From a virus: DNA of 64,000 bases. The position numbers were made by a program, and so were the translations under genes. The notes below the pieces were generated by a model. That model did no database searches. It was not told where the DNA came from and saw nothing but the letters and a program-made list of their open reading frames with translations. Positions within the stretch are counted from its first letter, which is position 1. Every line of letters begins with the position of its first letter. Positions 1 to 10,011 of this stretch are shown in pieces. The stretch is taken from the IMG/VR virus record IMGVR_UViG_3300027747_004524, positions 1 to 64,000 of that record; one strand, 5' to 3'.

Positions 1-310
1 GTGGTGGTGGTGGTGGTGGTGGCGGTGGCGGTGGTGGAACCGGTGGCGGTGGCGGTGGCTGGCACCCATCGTCACACTTGCATCCTGCCTCAAAAGTTTC
101 CTCGACCCAAGGACTTCCTATCAAAATGCATCCTTCAAAACTCCCTGTGAAACAAGGACAAGGAGGGCAACAATGGCAATCACATCCACACCATCCGCCT
201 GTTCCTTCGCAAGTCCACGGAGGCCCACAGGGCTCTCCTAGTTTCTTTAAAACTTTGCCTTCTTCATATGGTGGGGTTGGTATTGGGGTTGAAAATGGTT
301 CTTCTTCCAT
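1..310 (-). CDS. Cys-rich, polyproline-containing protein (runs off the window; not in ORF track)
   Basis: ATG at 310, 3 nt after the TGA of the upstream gene; reads MEEEPFSTPIPTPPY...CGCDCHCCPPCPC...CKCDDGCQPPPPPPVPPPPPPPPPP, open to base 1. Confidence 0.75.
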   Translation of the reverse strand, partial: MEEEPFSTPIPTPPYEEGKVLKKLGEPCGPPWTCEGTGGWCGCDCHCCPPCPCFTGSFEGCILIGSPWVEETFEAGCKCDDGCQPPPPPPVPPPPPPPPPPPP

Positions 311-313
311 TAA

Positions 314-577
314 TCATTTTTCGTTTCCGAAAAATCCCCGAGGATACTCTATTTTTACTTTCCCTTTTTCTGATGGATTTCCTTCTTCATCTTCTACCCA
401 CCATCTGACCTGCTCTACGGGTATGCCTAAATCATCCATGTGACACTTGTCTTCTTGAAATACAGGCATGTGATACTCTTTTCCCTCTATAAGGATTGCG
501 ACTTTGCACTCGTTCTTCAGGTTGTTAAAAAGCAAGCAGTTACCGCAAACCTTTTTTACGGGTTTCTTGTATTCCAT
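314..577 (-). CDS. hypothetical protein with CxxC (putative metal binding)
   Basis: ORF 314..613; likely start ATG 577 after GGAGA SD; CGNC...C...CH. Confidence 0.7.
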   Translation of the reverse strand: MEYKKPVKKVCGNCLLFNNLKNECKVAILIEGKEYHMPVFQEDKCHMDDLGIPVEQVRWWVEDEEGNPSEKGKVKIEYPRGFFGNEK

Positions 578-632
578 TTCATGTCTCCAACTGTTATAAT
601 AGTATGAACACAATCACCTTGGGGTCATAAAC

Positions 633-1259
633 ATGATTATCGGAGCAGCTGCACAGCTTAATTCTGGCAAGGACGTTCTTTGCGATTATTTGTTCAATAA
701 ATTGAATAATAATGAACAATGGAAAAGATCAGCTTTTGCTAATGCGGTTAAAAATGTTTATGAGAGGAGTTTTGGGGTTGATCGTGATTTTATTGAGGCC
801 TGGAAAAGAGACCCTAACCCACCTCCTGGAATGTTAATGAATGTTAGAAAAGGTCTCCAATTCATTGGTGATGGCTTTAGGCAAATAAAGTCTGATATTT
901 GGATTGATATAGTTTTTAGAGAGAATGAAAATAAAAACATTATAATTTCAGACTGTAGGTACATAAATGAGGCAAAAGCGATTAAGAACAAGGGTGGCAT
1001 AACAATATTGATGCACAGAGTAGGGTTCTTGAACGATGATCCCAACCCCTCAGAGGCTCAAATAAGGCCTATAGTAGAATTTTGCTTAAATAAGCTTAAT
1101 GATGGGAAGATACCAAATCTGGGATCAATCGCTCATTTAAACCCACCAGACGGTATTGAATATTATGACTTTTTCCTGAATAATGACGGCACACTGCAGG
1201 ACCTTTATCAAAAAATTGATAAACTACTGGTTCCTTTTATTCAGGGTATAACGAAATGA
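633..1259 (+). CDS. deoxynucleoside monophosphate kinase (phage gp1-like)
   Basis: N-terminal P-loop variant GAAAQLNSGKD, FANAVK, R..LQ.IGD..R, IISDCRY.NE, NDGTLQDL. Confidence 0.85.
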   Translation: MIIGAAAQLNSGKDVLCDYLFNKLNNNEQWKRSAFANAVKNVYERSFGVDRDFIEAWKRDPNPPPGMLMNVRKGLQFIGDGFRQIKSDIWIDIVFRENENKNIIISDCRYINEAKAIKNKGGITILMHRVGFLNDDPNPSEAQIRPIVEFCLNKLNDGKIPNLGSIAHLNPPDGIEYYDFFLNNDGTLQDLYQKIDKLLVPFIQGITK

Positions 1260-1373
1260 ACATATTTGGTTTCTTGAAAAGAAAGAAAACAGAAAAAAAA
1301 ATTGAAAATAGAAACAGGAGAATTAGGACTAGGTTTCCAAAGCCTACAGTGTACAACTATAGGGTCAACTTGG

Positions 1374-2021
1374 TTAAAGTTTAATACCTTTTTTCAATTT
1401 CTGTAGACCCACCTCTGTTAATACCATGAATTGATATCCTCTGGATTCACAAAAGTATTGGCAAGACGCCCATTTGGCATTGTTTTTAGGTAGCGTAGTT
1501 TGGTTCGATGGCTTAATTTCCCATATCTCTACCCTACCGTCGCTAAAAAACACTTGTAGATCTGGGTTGTATTCATGTACGTTTCCATTGAAAGAATAGT
1601 TCAGCTTAAACGGTTCTACTTCGTAGCTTATAACTTCCTGCATTGCCTCTAAGCATTCATATACTTCACATTCCATCCCTGACCTGTAATGTACTTCTTT
1701 GCCGTTCTTCGCAGAGTACATATAACCTTCTCTGAACTTGGTTTTCTTCTGTGATACTTGTCCTGTTTTTTTATCTTGATCTTTCCATATTGTTGCTCTC
1801 ATTTGGCCTTGTTTTGGTACTTGTTCTGTTCTGTGCTTACTCTTAAAGTGTTGACGCAGGTCTCTAACACAAGCACCGCACCGTTGCAATGGGCATTTTA
1901 CGTATTCTCTTCCTTCGTCATGGCTTTCAACAATATGATTGTTAAAGGTGCCAAAATCTTCAAAAGCAACTCCACATACAAAGCAAGTAAATTGTCTTTT
2001 GTCGTTCTTAGGAAAGAACAT
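1374..2021 (-). CDS. tandem C2H2 zinc fingers fused to TnsA-like/gp4-like PD-(D/E)xK endonuclease
   Basis: CFVC..HIVESH and CPLQRC..HFKSKH; then YRSGME...YEVEP...YNPDL...WEIKP. Confidence 0.75.
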   Translation of the reverse strand: MFFPKNDKRQFTCFVCGVAFEDFGTFNNHIVESHDEGREYVKCPLQRCGACVRDLRQHFKSKHRTEQVPKQGQMRATIWKDQDKKTGQVSQKKTKFREGYMYSAKNGKEVHYRSGMECEVYECLEAMQEVISYEVEPFKLNYSFNGNVHEYNPDLQVFFSDGRVEIWEIKPSNQTTLPKNNAKWASCQYFCESRGYQFMVLTEVGLQKLKKGIKL

Positions 2022-2298
2022 TGTCTATTTCCTCTTTTTCACAGACGTGAATATCCTTTATATCTTTTGCCGTAAATGTTTCATCCCCACCAGTTTTTAT
2101 ATTACGGCCTAGAAACTGTATGTTTTCTTTATCTGTGTTTATGTCTTTTATATCTTTTGTCTTTATTTTTGCGAACATTATTCGATCTTTTTCTTTTACA
2201 GCATAGTATTGGCCTTCTTTTTTGAAAAACATTGTAAAGCCCTCTTGTTCAAGGTCTTTTGATAACTGTTCTTTTAAGAAGTCATTCCACTTTTTCAT
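2008..2298 (-). CDS. hypothetical protein with CTS-like N-terminus (MKKWNDFLKE)
   Basis: ORF track 2008..2310; ATG 2298 gives the CTS-like start; TATAAATA on - strand at 2323-2330. Confidence 0.65.
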   Translation of the reverse strand: MKKWNDFLKEQLSKDLEQEGFTMFFKKEGQYYAVKEKDRIMFAKIKTKDIKDINTDKENIQFLGRNIKTGGDETFTAKDIKDIHVCEKEEIDNVLS

Positions 2299-2339
2299 TT
2301 TAGCTCGCATTTTTATGTGTTTTATTTATATATAGTATT

Positions 2340-2765
2340 ATGTTCAAGTTATGTAGTTTTAGAGCTTTTTTAGAAGAAGAGCAACCCGAGCCAAAGACTC
2401 CTAGTAGCAAGCAAGACTATTTTGCTGCTTTAGGCGATGAGGAGGGCATAGAGTGGAGCGATCTTGTAAAAACTATGGAAGGTGAGCCATGGATTTCTTC
2501 CCACTTTAGTTTGGGGGCCCCAGACAAAGAAATTATGTATAAATTGTCACCTTGGGAGATTGTCAAGGGTTCTTTAACTCCCAATGGAGCAGATATCAGG
2601 CTAAAGCAGCAAAGAGGTTCTAGAAGCTATCTTCAAAACAATAGACTTAATAAATCGTCTTATGAAGATAAAAAAAGGTATCATTTAAATAGAGAAGAAT
2701 TAACTAAGTTTTTAACCACAGGTTGGTCTCCAGCTGTTCAGGCTGCAAGTGGTCCACCTGCTTGA
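2340..2765 (+). CDS. hypothetical protein with CTS-like N-terminus (MFKLCSFRAFLEE)
   Basis: 141-aa ORF; TATATA 5 nt before ATG. Confidence 0.7.
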   Translation: MFKLCSFRAFLEEEQPEPKTPSSKQDYFAALGDEEGIEWSDLVKTMEGEPWISSHFSLGAPDKEIMYKLSPWEIVKGSLTPNGADIRLKQQRGSRSYLQNNRLNKSSYEDKKRYHLNREELTKFLTTGWSPAVQAASGPPA

Positions 2766-2815
2766 ACAAGTATTCATTTTACGTTATATTGGATTTCCCC
2801 GTCACGAGGTGAAGT

Positions 2816-3703
2816 ATGCCATATGATGTAATGAACAATTTAAGTCAAAGAACGATTAATTGTTTGGATCATGGTCACGTCACGCTTGTTGACGTTATGC
2901 CTCGTTTAGTTCCTGACGACCAAAAGACAGCCGACTATTGCATAGTTCAGTCGGCACGAGTCTCCTATGGCGATGGTACTAAGACCCTAAATGAAGATAG
3001 AGGGTTAATTAGGTACTTAATGCGTCATTTGCACACAACTCCATTTGAGATGTGCGAGTTCAAGTTTCATTGCAAGATGCCGATATTTATAGCTCGTCAA
3101 TGGATTAGACATCGAACAGCCAACGTTAACGAGTACAGCGGCAGGTATTCTATTTTAAAGGATGAATTCTTTATACCAGACACTGCTCGCCAACAGTCCT
3201 CTGTTAACAAACAAGGAGGAGATGCTAAGCTTGACAATACAACAAGCCAGCAGTTCTCTGATTATTTGTCTTCCGCTTGTGACTCTGCTTACTCTAAATA
3301 TGAAGAATTCTTAGAGAAGGGAGTTAGTCGAGAGCTTGCTAGAATATCCTTGCCTATCAACCTTTATACCGAATGGTATTGGAAGATTGACTTGCATAAC
3401 TTGTTTCATTTTTTGGCGTTGCGTTGCGACTCACATGCTCAATATGAAATAAGAGTATTTGCGGACGCTATGCTGGATTTGATTAGACCTATTGTGCCTT
3501 TATCTGTTGAGGCGTGGGAAGACTATCACCCCAATAGAGGAGGTGTAAAATTAACTAAGCTAGAGGTAGAAGCTATCAGAAAGACTCTATCCGATATTAA
3601 GGGACTAGACCTAGCACAGATTAATAGTGAAAATAAAAGAGAACAACAAGAATGGCTTACAAAAGCATCTAAGTTGGGTTTATACGAAAAGCTAGAAGTT
3701 TAA
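2816..3703 (+). CDS. thyX: FAD-dependent thymidylate synthase
   Basis: signature RHRTANVNEYSGRY; HTTPFE; SRELARISLP; HAQYEIR. Confidence 0.97.
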   Translation: MPYDVMNNLSQRTINCLDHGHVTLVDVMPRLVPDDQKTADYCIVQSARVSYGDGTKTLNEDRGLIRYLMRHLHTTPFEMCEFKFHCKMPIFIARQWIRHRTANVNEYSGRYSILKDEFFIPDTARQQSSVNKQGGDAKLDNTTSQQFSDYLSSACDSAYSKYEEFLEKGVSRELARISLPINLYTEWYWKIDLHNLFHFLALRCDSHAQYEIRVFADAMLDLIRPIVPLSVEAWEDYHPNRGGVKLTKLEVEAIRKTLSDIKGLDLAQINSENKREQQEWLTKASKLGLYEKLEV

Positions 3704-3704
3704 G

Positions 3705-5066
3705 ATGAGACATTCATTTAATGTTGGCGTCTTTGGTGACGCTATGATTGACGAATATTACTCAGTAAAGGTAAAGGGTGTATCTCCTGAATTCCCTATT
3801 CCTTCTATGCACTCTCATGATGCTGTTCCAATATCTTATCCAGGTGGAGCAGCAAACGTAATTAGGCAGTTTTGTTATTTTCCATGCATTAATCCTTGGC
3901 TGGTTTCTTTTATAGATGAAAATGCAAGGCGATGCTTTTCTGACCATTCAATTAATCTGGATCTATGTAGGCTAATTGATTCTGGGGTTCCTATAAAACG
4001 TAGATTTTATAGCGAAGGCTTTCCAACGTATAGGTGGGATGTTGAAAAGGAGAACTACGGTCTAGGGTCCGATGTACAGAATCATAGTATGGAGCTGTAC
4101 AAAAAATTTTTTTCTAATCTCTCTAATTTTGATGCTGTTATATTTTCTGATTATGATAAAGGTGTTTTTTCTTCAAACTTAAGTTATCCTCCTAAGAGTA
4201 TAATGACCGTTGTTGATTCTAAATCTAAAGATATAGACAAGTGGTACGGCTGCACAGTTTTTAAGCCTAATCTTAAAGAAGCTTCTGAGGTCTCAGGCAA
4301 AAGCAGTCCTATAGACGCTGGCATTTGGATAAAGAGTAGAATTAAATGCGACCATGTCGTAATCACGAACGCAGACAAGGACGTTACTGTGGTTTCCAAG
4401 GATGGTGTTGAAGTAATTGAGCCCTGCCGCACAATAGATGCTGTCTCTGTAATAGGAGCTGGGGACTGTTTTACTGCTATCTTAACTTTATCTCTTCTTG
4501 AAGGCATGAATATAAAAGATGCCGCAACTAGAGCTTGGAAAGCTGGCTCCTTGTATGTTCAAAATAAATATAATTCCCCAATAACGCCTTTGGATCTCTT
4601 AGGTGGTAAATATGTTGCTGATCCATCGCTTCTAAGAAATAGAAACTTTAAATTAGTATTTACAAATGGTTGTTTTGATTTAATTCATAAAGGCCATGTA
4701 CAAAACTTAAAATTCGCAAAATCTAAGGGCGATAAATTAGTTGTTGCTTTGAATGATGACGCGAGCATTGCTAGATTAAAACCCAACAGACCAATCCAGT
4801 GTTTGAATGATAGAATTGAGATCCTTTCTGCCTTAGAGGATGTGGACTTTTTGGTTTCTTTTTCTGAGGATAATCCTTTTAATTTAATACATGCTATTGA
4901 GCCTGATGTTTTAGTAAAAGGAAATGAATATCTCTTTAACGAGATCGTTGGGTATGGTATAGTAAAAGAAGCTTTCGTCTTTCCTATGGTTGATGGTTGT
5001 TCTACCACTAACTTGATAAGGAAGATGATAGAGTCGGAGCAAGCAGAACATTTTTCTTCAAAATGA
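3705..5066 (+). CDS. hldE: bifunctional heptose-7-phosphate kinase / heptose-1-phosphate adenylyltransferase (HldE/RfaE-like)
   Basis: PfkB domain (GDAMID, GGAANV, SDYDKG, KPN, GAGD) plus cytidylyltransferase-like domain FTNGCFDLIHKGH...LVKG. Confidence 0.9.
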   Translation: MRHSFNVGVFGDAMIDEYYSVKVKGVSPEFPIPSMHSHDAVPISYPGGAANVIRQFCYFPCINPWLVSFIDENARRCFSDHSINLDLCRLIDSGVPIKRRFYSEGFPTYRWDVEKENYGLGSDVQNHSMELYKKFFSNLSNFDAVIFSDYDKGVFSSNLSYPPKSIMTVVDSKSKDIDKWYGCTVFKPNLKEASEVSGKSSPIDAGIWIKSRIKCDHVVITNADKDVTVVSKDGVEVIEPCRTIDAVSVIGAGDCFTAILTLSLLEGMNIKDAATRAWKAGSLYVQNKYNSPITPLDLLGGKYVADPSLLRNRNFKLVFTNGCFDLIHKGHVQNLKFAKSKGDKLVVALNDDASIARLKPNRPIQCLNDRIEILSALEDVDFLVSFSEDNPFNLIHAIEPDVLVKGNEYLFNEIVGYGIVKEAFVFPMVDGCSTTNLIRKMIESEQAEHFSSK

Positions 5067-5078
5067 AAGGAAGCGAAT

Positions 5079-5366
5079 ATGATTAAGGTTGTTAAATTAG
5101 TTACCGGCGAGGATGTCGTGGCAGACATAGAGATTATTGATCAAAGTTCGGGCAAGGTGGTTGTTATGAAAAAGCCACAGAGATTTATGGTCACATCAGA
5201 GGGAGTCGGTTCAATTCCTTTGGTTCCTTTTTCTAATGATGAGACATACACGATTAGCTTTAATCATGTTTTGCTGATAGCAGATCCTGACCCGGATATC
5301 AAAAATGGCTATAACAGCCAGTTTGGTAGTGGAATTGTATTGCCTAATAAGGGCGTTCAAATATAA
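5079..5366 (+). CDS. small conserved-type phage protein (MIKVVKLVTGEDVVA), possibly Sm-like fold
   Basis: N-terminus resembles a family recurrent in T4-like phages; GGAAG SD. Confidence 0.5.
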   Translation: MIKVVKLVTGEDVVADIEIIDQSSGKVVVMKKPQRFMVTSEGVGSIPLVPFSNDETYTISFNHVLLIADPDPDIKNGYNSQFGSGIVLPNKGVQI

Positions 5367-5435
5367 TTTTCGCCTTTTCTTTAGCTTTTATGGCTGTTGA
5401 TCAAATTCAACAGCCATAAAAGCTATATATATTTT

Positions 5436-7028
5436 ATGAAAAAGACTTTGATAGGTTTATGCAATAACGTATTCTACCACGAAGAAAAAATAAGGCTTTG
5501 GTCCAAAAGCTTTAGAAATCATTCTGATGGGAACATTGTTCTCCTCGTCGCAAATATGTCCGAGGAGGACAAGCTAGCGTGTGATAGGCTGGGAATTGAT
5601 TTTGAAACTTGTACAATAGAAGACACTTATCATATAAATCATAAAAGACTGGAGCACATTAAATGTTGGCTCCAGAAATCTGATACTGACTTAGTTCTTT
5701 CTACTGACGTCTTTGATGTCTTCTTTCAAGGCGATCCCTTTGAGAAGCTTGATATAGATAATTACGATATTTGGGTTTCAGGAGAGGGCGTTAACGTTAA
5801 TCAGTGTCCATGGAACCATCAAAATGTTTCGGTCCTTTTTCCAAATAGTGTTGATAGCTGTCGGCCTAAAGAAATAATAAACTCTGGCATAATTGCGGGC
5901 AAAAGGCTTCCCATGATAAGCCTTTATGAAAAAATGATTGATTTGTGTGAAAACGTTAGCACAGACGCACACAATATAAAAGACCAAGCGGCTCTTATCG
6001 TTCTTGTGGGAGAGGACGAGATACCCAGGTTAAAGAAGTTTAATTTAGACGATGCTTGGGCTATGCATTGCCATGTTTCTGGTCCCTCCCATTTTTTTGA
6101 AGCTTGGGGATACAAGAACAATATAAAGTATGGTTTGCCTAAGATTGAAAATAATCTTGTTTTAACAGCCGATGGCAAACGATATGACCTGGTTCACCAA
6201 TTCAACAGAATCCCAATATGGGATAAAATAATAAAGAAGTCCATCTCTGTTAACAGCACCTATGTTGTTAGCTCATACTATAGGACGTTAGAAGGCGATG
6301 GTAACAATCAAATTAAAAAGTTTTCTAAAAATTTTGGCGAATCTTTTTACGTTTTGTTTGACAATCAAACAAACAAGGACCCAACAGAGGTATCAGAGAA
6401 GTATGAGTCTAATGTTTGTTCATATAACGATGAAGATTTTGCTAAGCATTCTTTCGACAAGCCTATAGATAGAAGTCACAGGTGGGGCAGCCATCAAAAC
6501 CCGAAGTATTTTTATGCTCACTATAGAATGCTAATGTTCTATTTGAACCATCCTAACTTTGATTATTATTGGTTCTTAGATGATGATATTTCTTTTGATG
6601 GAGATATCAAGGGCTTCTTAGATTCCTATAATTATTTGGATGACGATTTTATGGCCATACAAGCTTTTAAGAAAGAGGAATATTCTGAGTTTCCTAGGGT
6701 AAGTGTTCTTAATTCTAGGATGCTTGGTTCCCGTGGTGCTTGGTTGGGTTGGTGTCCTGGTCCTGGAGATAAATTCAAATCAGTTCACAGGCACTTTGGG
6801 TGCTTTTTCCCTATAACTAGGTTCTCCAAAAGAGCTTTGAATTATTTGTTTAGGATTCATGAAGAAGGCTATTACGGATACCACGAAGGATTTGTTCCTA
6901 CATCCTTGGCATCAGCTGGCTTTAAAGTTTCTAGTATGATGGATGAGTTCAACAATTTCTTTATCGAAAGTGATGTTAATTGTACACTTTATCATAAAGG
7001 AGCTAAGTTCACATGGGAATGGCTATAA
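5436..7028 (+). CDS. two-domain GT-A glycosyltransferase-like protein
   Basis: TDVFDVFFQGDPF..NSG..DQ..HQFNR domain plus a second domain with WFLDDD (DxD); likely ATG 5436. Confidence 0.7.
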   Translation: MKKTLIGLCNNVFYHEEKIRLWSKSFRNHSDGNIVLLVANMSEEDKLACDRLGIDFETCTIEDTYHINHKRLEHIKCWLQKSDTDLVLSTDVFDVFFQGDPFEKLDIDNYDIWVSGEGVNVNQCPWNHQNVSVLFPNSVDSCRPKEIINSGIIAGKRLPMISLYEKMIDLCENVSTDAHNIKDQAALIVLVGEDEIPRLKKFNLDDAWAMHCHVSGPSHFFEAWGYKNNIKYGLPKIENNLVLTADGKRYDLVHQFNRIPIWDKIIKKSISVNSTYVVSSYYRTLEGDGNNQIKKFSKNFGESFYVLFDNQTNKDPTEVSEKYESNVCSYNDEDFAKHSFDKPIDRSHRWGSHQNPKYFYAHYRMLMFYLNHPNFDYYWFLDDDISFDGDIKGFLDSYNYLDDDFMAIQAFKKEEYSEFPRVSVLNSRMLGSRGAWLGWCPGPGDKFKSVHRHFGCFFPITRFSKRALNYLFRIHEEGYYGYHEGFVPTSLASAGFKVSSMMDEFNNFFIESDVNCTLYHKGAKFTWEWL

Positions 7029-8404
7029 ATAGTCCTGTATTGGTGATGTCCCTCTACGATATAGGGAGGGATGGATGGAGTTCTTTTAGTTTGTCTTATG
7101 ACACTTATCTCCATTGGATGAGAAACACACTTTCTTTGAATTGCAAGATCGTCATCTACACAGAAGAAAAGTTCATAGAAGAAATTGAGGGATATAGAAA
7201 AGAGTTTGATCCTTCTTTTGAAAATACAGTTTTAATTAAAGAGCCCCTCGAACAGCTTTATTATTACAAGCACTATTATGATAAATTTTCTGACTTGATG
7301 AACTCAGAAGGCTTTAGAAACAAGACCCACTCTGACGTTCCTGAGATGATTCGTCCTCTCTACAACATTATTATGTTTAACAAAGTAGAGTTTTTGAAAG
7401 ATGTTAAGGATAAAAGATATTTTGACAATGACTTGCTAATGTGGGTGGACGCTGGTGGTTTAAGAGATAATATAGGTAAATACAAGGGTGAGATTTGGCC
7501 ATCCTTGGACAAGGTTAATCAGTTAGACAACTCAAAAGTAACTTTTTTTAGCCACTCAAAAAATATAATTGTCAACAACAAAGAGTCGCACGCTCTGTCC
7601 CAAGTCAGGTTCATTCAAGGAACTGCTTTTATGGCTCCCTCGAACCTAATAGACAACCTCGCCCAGGAGTTCAAAACAACAGTAGATGAATGCTTAGAAA
7701 ATGGATACATTGGAAGCGACGAAAAGATATTTGATATAACCTATTGTAAAGATCCTTCTAAGTACAATTTAATTAAATGTGACTGGAGAACATACTTTAA
7801 CATTCTAAAGCAAAATTCTCCTGATTTGTATGACAAGAAAGGCAATCAATCTAATAACGTTTTTATAGACTGCGGTTCTTATGAATGTTCTTCTTTACGA
7901 AAGAAAGTAGATGAGCTGGACATAGACTCCAGTTGGGACGTTCATGTATTTGAGCCAAATCCTATAGTGGATACGGAGAAATTTTCTAGTGCTTTTTCCT
8001 CCTGTAGGGTTAAGGTGCACAAAAAAGCTGTTTGGATTAGAGACGGTCGAACCATATTCAATCAATACGGCACAGACGGCAAAAATCAAGGTTCCTTGTT
8101 GGAGGAGACCGACGCTGGACGTTGGTATGGGAATTACTTTGGTAGTGTTATTGTGGAATCAATTGATATTTTGTCATTTATAAAGTCCTTTGATCCAAAT
8201 AAGGAAATCTATTTGTTCATGGATATAGAACATTCTGAATATAAGGTTCTGGAGCGTATGGTTAAGTTGGGTTGGCCTAATAACATAAAAAAACTCTGGG
8301 TAGAGTGGCATGACTCAAGGAATTCTGAGAATAGTAGAATTATAGAATTTGTAGAAAATGCCCTAAAAGAAACAAAGACAGAGTTTCACAGTACAAAAAT
8401 ATAA
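7013..8404 (+). CDS. HtrL/YibB-like glycosyltransferase fused to FkbM-family methyltransferase
   Basis: SLYDIGR..MFNKVEF..WVDAG N-domain; C-domain FIDCGSY..FEPNP..AVW..FMDIEHSEY. Confidence 0.75.
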   Translation: MGMAINSPVLVMSLYDIGRDGWSSFSLSYDTYLHWMRNTLSLNCKIVIYTEEKFIEEIEGYRKEFDPSFENTVLIKEPLEQLYYYKHYYDKFSDLMNSEGFRNKTHSDVPEMIRPLYNIIMFNKVEFLKDVKDKRYFDNDLLMWVDAGGLRDNIGKYKGEIWPSLDKVNQLDNSKVTFFSHSKNIIVNNKESHALSQVRFIQGTAFMAPSNLIDNLAQEFKTTVDECLENGYIGSDEKIFDITYCKDPSKYNLIKCDWRTYFNILKQNSPDLYDKKGNQSNNVFIDCGSYECSSLRKKVDELDIDSSWDVHVFEPNPIVDTEKFSSAFSSCRVKVHKKAVWIRDGRTIFNQYGTDGKNQGSLLEETDAGRWYGNYFGSVIVESIDILSFIKSFDPNKEIYLFMDIEHSEYKVLERMVKLGWPNNIKKLWVEWHDSRNSENSRIIEFVENALKETKTEFHSTKI

Positions 8405-8449
8405 TGTTGTTACTTAATTAGCTTGTACCCACACACAGGCTATTTTAAT

Positions 8450-9736
8450 ATGCAATCTTTGACTTCATTTATTAAAAAAAGTTTATCTAAGGACACTATA
8501 TTTGTCCAAATTGCCGCATATAGAGACCCACAACTTGTGCCTACTCTAAAGGATATGCTCCAACAGGCCAAAAACCCCAACGCCCTTTCTGTTGGGATAT
8601 CATGGCAGCATAGTAAAGAAGATGCGTGGGACAACTTATCTGAGTTTGAGAATGATGCAAGATTTAAAATTGTTGATATAGATCATAACGAGTCTAAGGG
8701 TGTGTGTTGGGCAAGAAATCTTGTTCAACAGCAATACGGTTCTGAAGCATACACTCTTCAAATAGACTCTCATATGAGGTTTGTTAAGGACTGGGATGAG
8801 ATTCTTATCAACATGGTTAAGGAACTACAAGCAAAGGGGCACAAGAAGCCTCTATTGACCGGATACGTTTCTTCTTTTGACCCAGATAATGACCCCAAAG
8901 GCAGGGTTCAACAACCTTGGCGTATGGTTTTTGACAGATTCACCCCAGAGGGGGTTGTTTTCTTTCTTCCAGAAGGAATACCTCAACACGAATCTTTAAC
9001 TGAGCCGATTGCAGCTAGGTTTTATTCGGCTCATTTCTGTTTTACTTTAGGTGCTTTTTGTAAAGAAGTTCAGCACAACCCCGACTACTACTTTCATGGC
9101 GAAGAAATTTCTATAGCTGCTAGAGCATATACCCATGGTTATGATCTTTTCCACCCTCACAAAATCGTTTGTTGGCATGAATATACTAGAAAAGGAAGAA
9201 CTAAACATTGGGATGACGATAAGTCTTGGTGGAAAAAGAACCAAGCTTGTCATCTAATAAACAGGAAGTTATTTGGAATGGATGGTGAGGCCCAAGAAGG
9301 GCATGATGGTCCTTATGGTTTTGGCAAGGAAAGAACCTTACGCGACTACGAAAAATACGCAGGTATTCTATTTTCAAAAAGAGGTGTTCAAAGATACACT
9401 TTAGATAAAAAGTACCCACCAAATCCTCCTTCGCAATCTGAAGAGGAATGGCTGGATAGTTTTTCTTTTGTTTTTAAGCATTGTATCGACGTTCAGTATT
9501 CTCAAGTTCCTGAAGATGACTACGATTTTTGGGTTGTTGTTTTTAAAGACGAAAATGGAACAGAGATATTCAGGAAGGATGCTGATATTAATGAGATTAA
9601 TGTAATGAAAAGGGACCCCGATAAATATTGCAAGATTTGGCGACAGTTTGATACTGTTGTTAGGCCTAAGTCATGGGTTGTATGGCCGCACAGCAAATCT
9701 AAAGGATGGTGCAATCAGATTAACGGCTCTATTTAA
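8450..9736 (+). CDS. GlcNAc-transferase, Gnt1 (Skp1-hydroxyproline GlcNAc transferase)-like
   Basis: TIFVQIAAYRD, LQIDSHMRF..WD, FHGEEISIAARAYTHGYD, HEY. Confidence 0.8.
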   Translation: MQSLTSFIKKSLSKDTIFVQIAAYRDPQLVPTLKDMLQQAKNPNALSVGISWQHSKEDAWDNLSEFENDARFKIVDIDHNESKGVCWARNLVQQQYGSEAYTLQIDSHMRFVKDWDEILINMVKELQAKGHKKPLLTGYVSSFDPDNDPKGRVQQPWRMVFDRFTPEGVVFFLPEGIPQHESLTEPIAARFYSAHFCFTLGAFCKEVQHNPDYYFHGEEISIAARAYTHGYDLFHPHKIVCWHEYTRKGRTKHWDDDKSWWKKNQACHLINRKLFGMDGEAQEGHDGPYGFGKERTLRDYEKYAGILFSKRGVQRYTLDKKYPPNPPSQSEEEWLDSFSFVFKHCIDVQYSQVPEDDYDFWVVVFKDENGTEIFRKDADINEINVMKRDPDKYCKIWRQFDTVVRPKSWVVWPHSKSKGWCNQINGSI

Positions 9737-10011
9737 TGAAAAAGCATAAGCTTATAAATAAAAAAATAAAAAAGCTTATAGATAAAAAGTGCAAGTTCTG
9801 TGATTGTTCTACTTATGAGCTTTTAGACGTGCATCGTATAATAGAGGGCAATAAAGGCGGTAAATACACAGACCACAACACTGTCACTGTTTGCTCGTTG
9901 TGCCACAGAAAAATTCATGCTGGCATTATAAAGGTTGATAGAAAGTTTTTTTCCACCGCTGGCTGGGTTTTACATTATTTTGATGAAAACGGTGTTGAAA
10001 AGTACGACTAG
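9736..10011 (+). CDS. HNH endonuclease
   Basis: CKFC..HRI..GG.Y..N..VCSLCHRKIH. Confidence 0.85.
   Translation: MKKHKLINKKIKKLIDKKCKFCDCSTYELLDVHRIIEGNKGGKYTDHNTVTVCSLCHRKIHAGIIKVDRKFFSTAGWVLHYFDENGVEKYD

Noticed and set aside
78-443. 121-aa plus-strand ORF
   Set aside because: Antisense shadow of two coupled minus-strand genes (314-577 and <1-310).
1256-1384. 42-aa basic ORF coupled to the dNMP kinase stop (MNIFGFLKRKK..)
   Set aside because: Short, A-run dominated, overlaps the convergent gene and has no recognisable motif; too uncertain to list.
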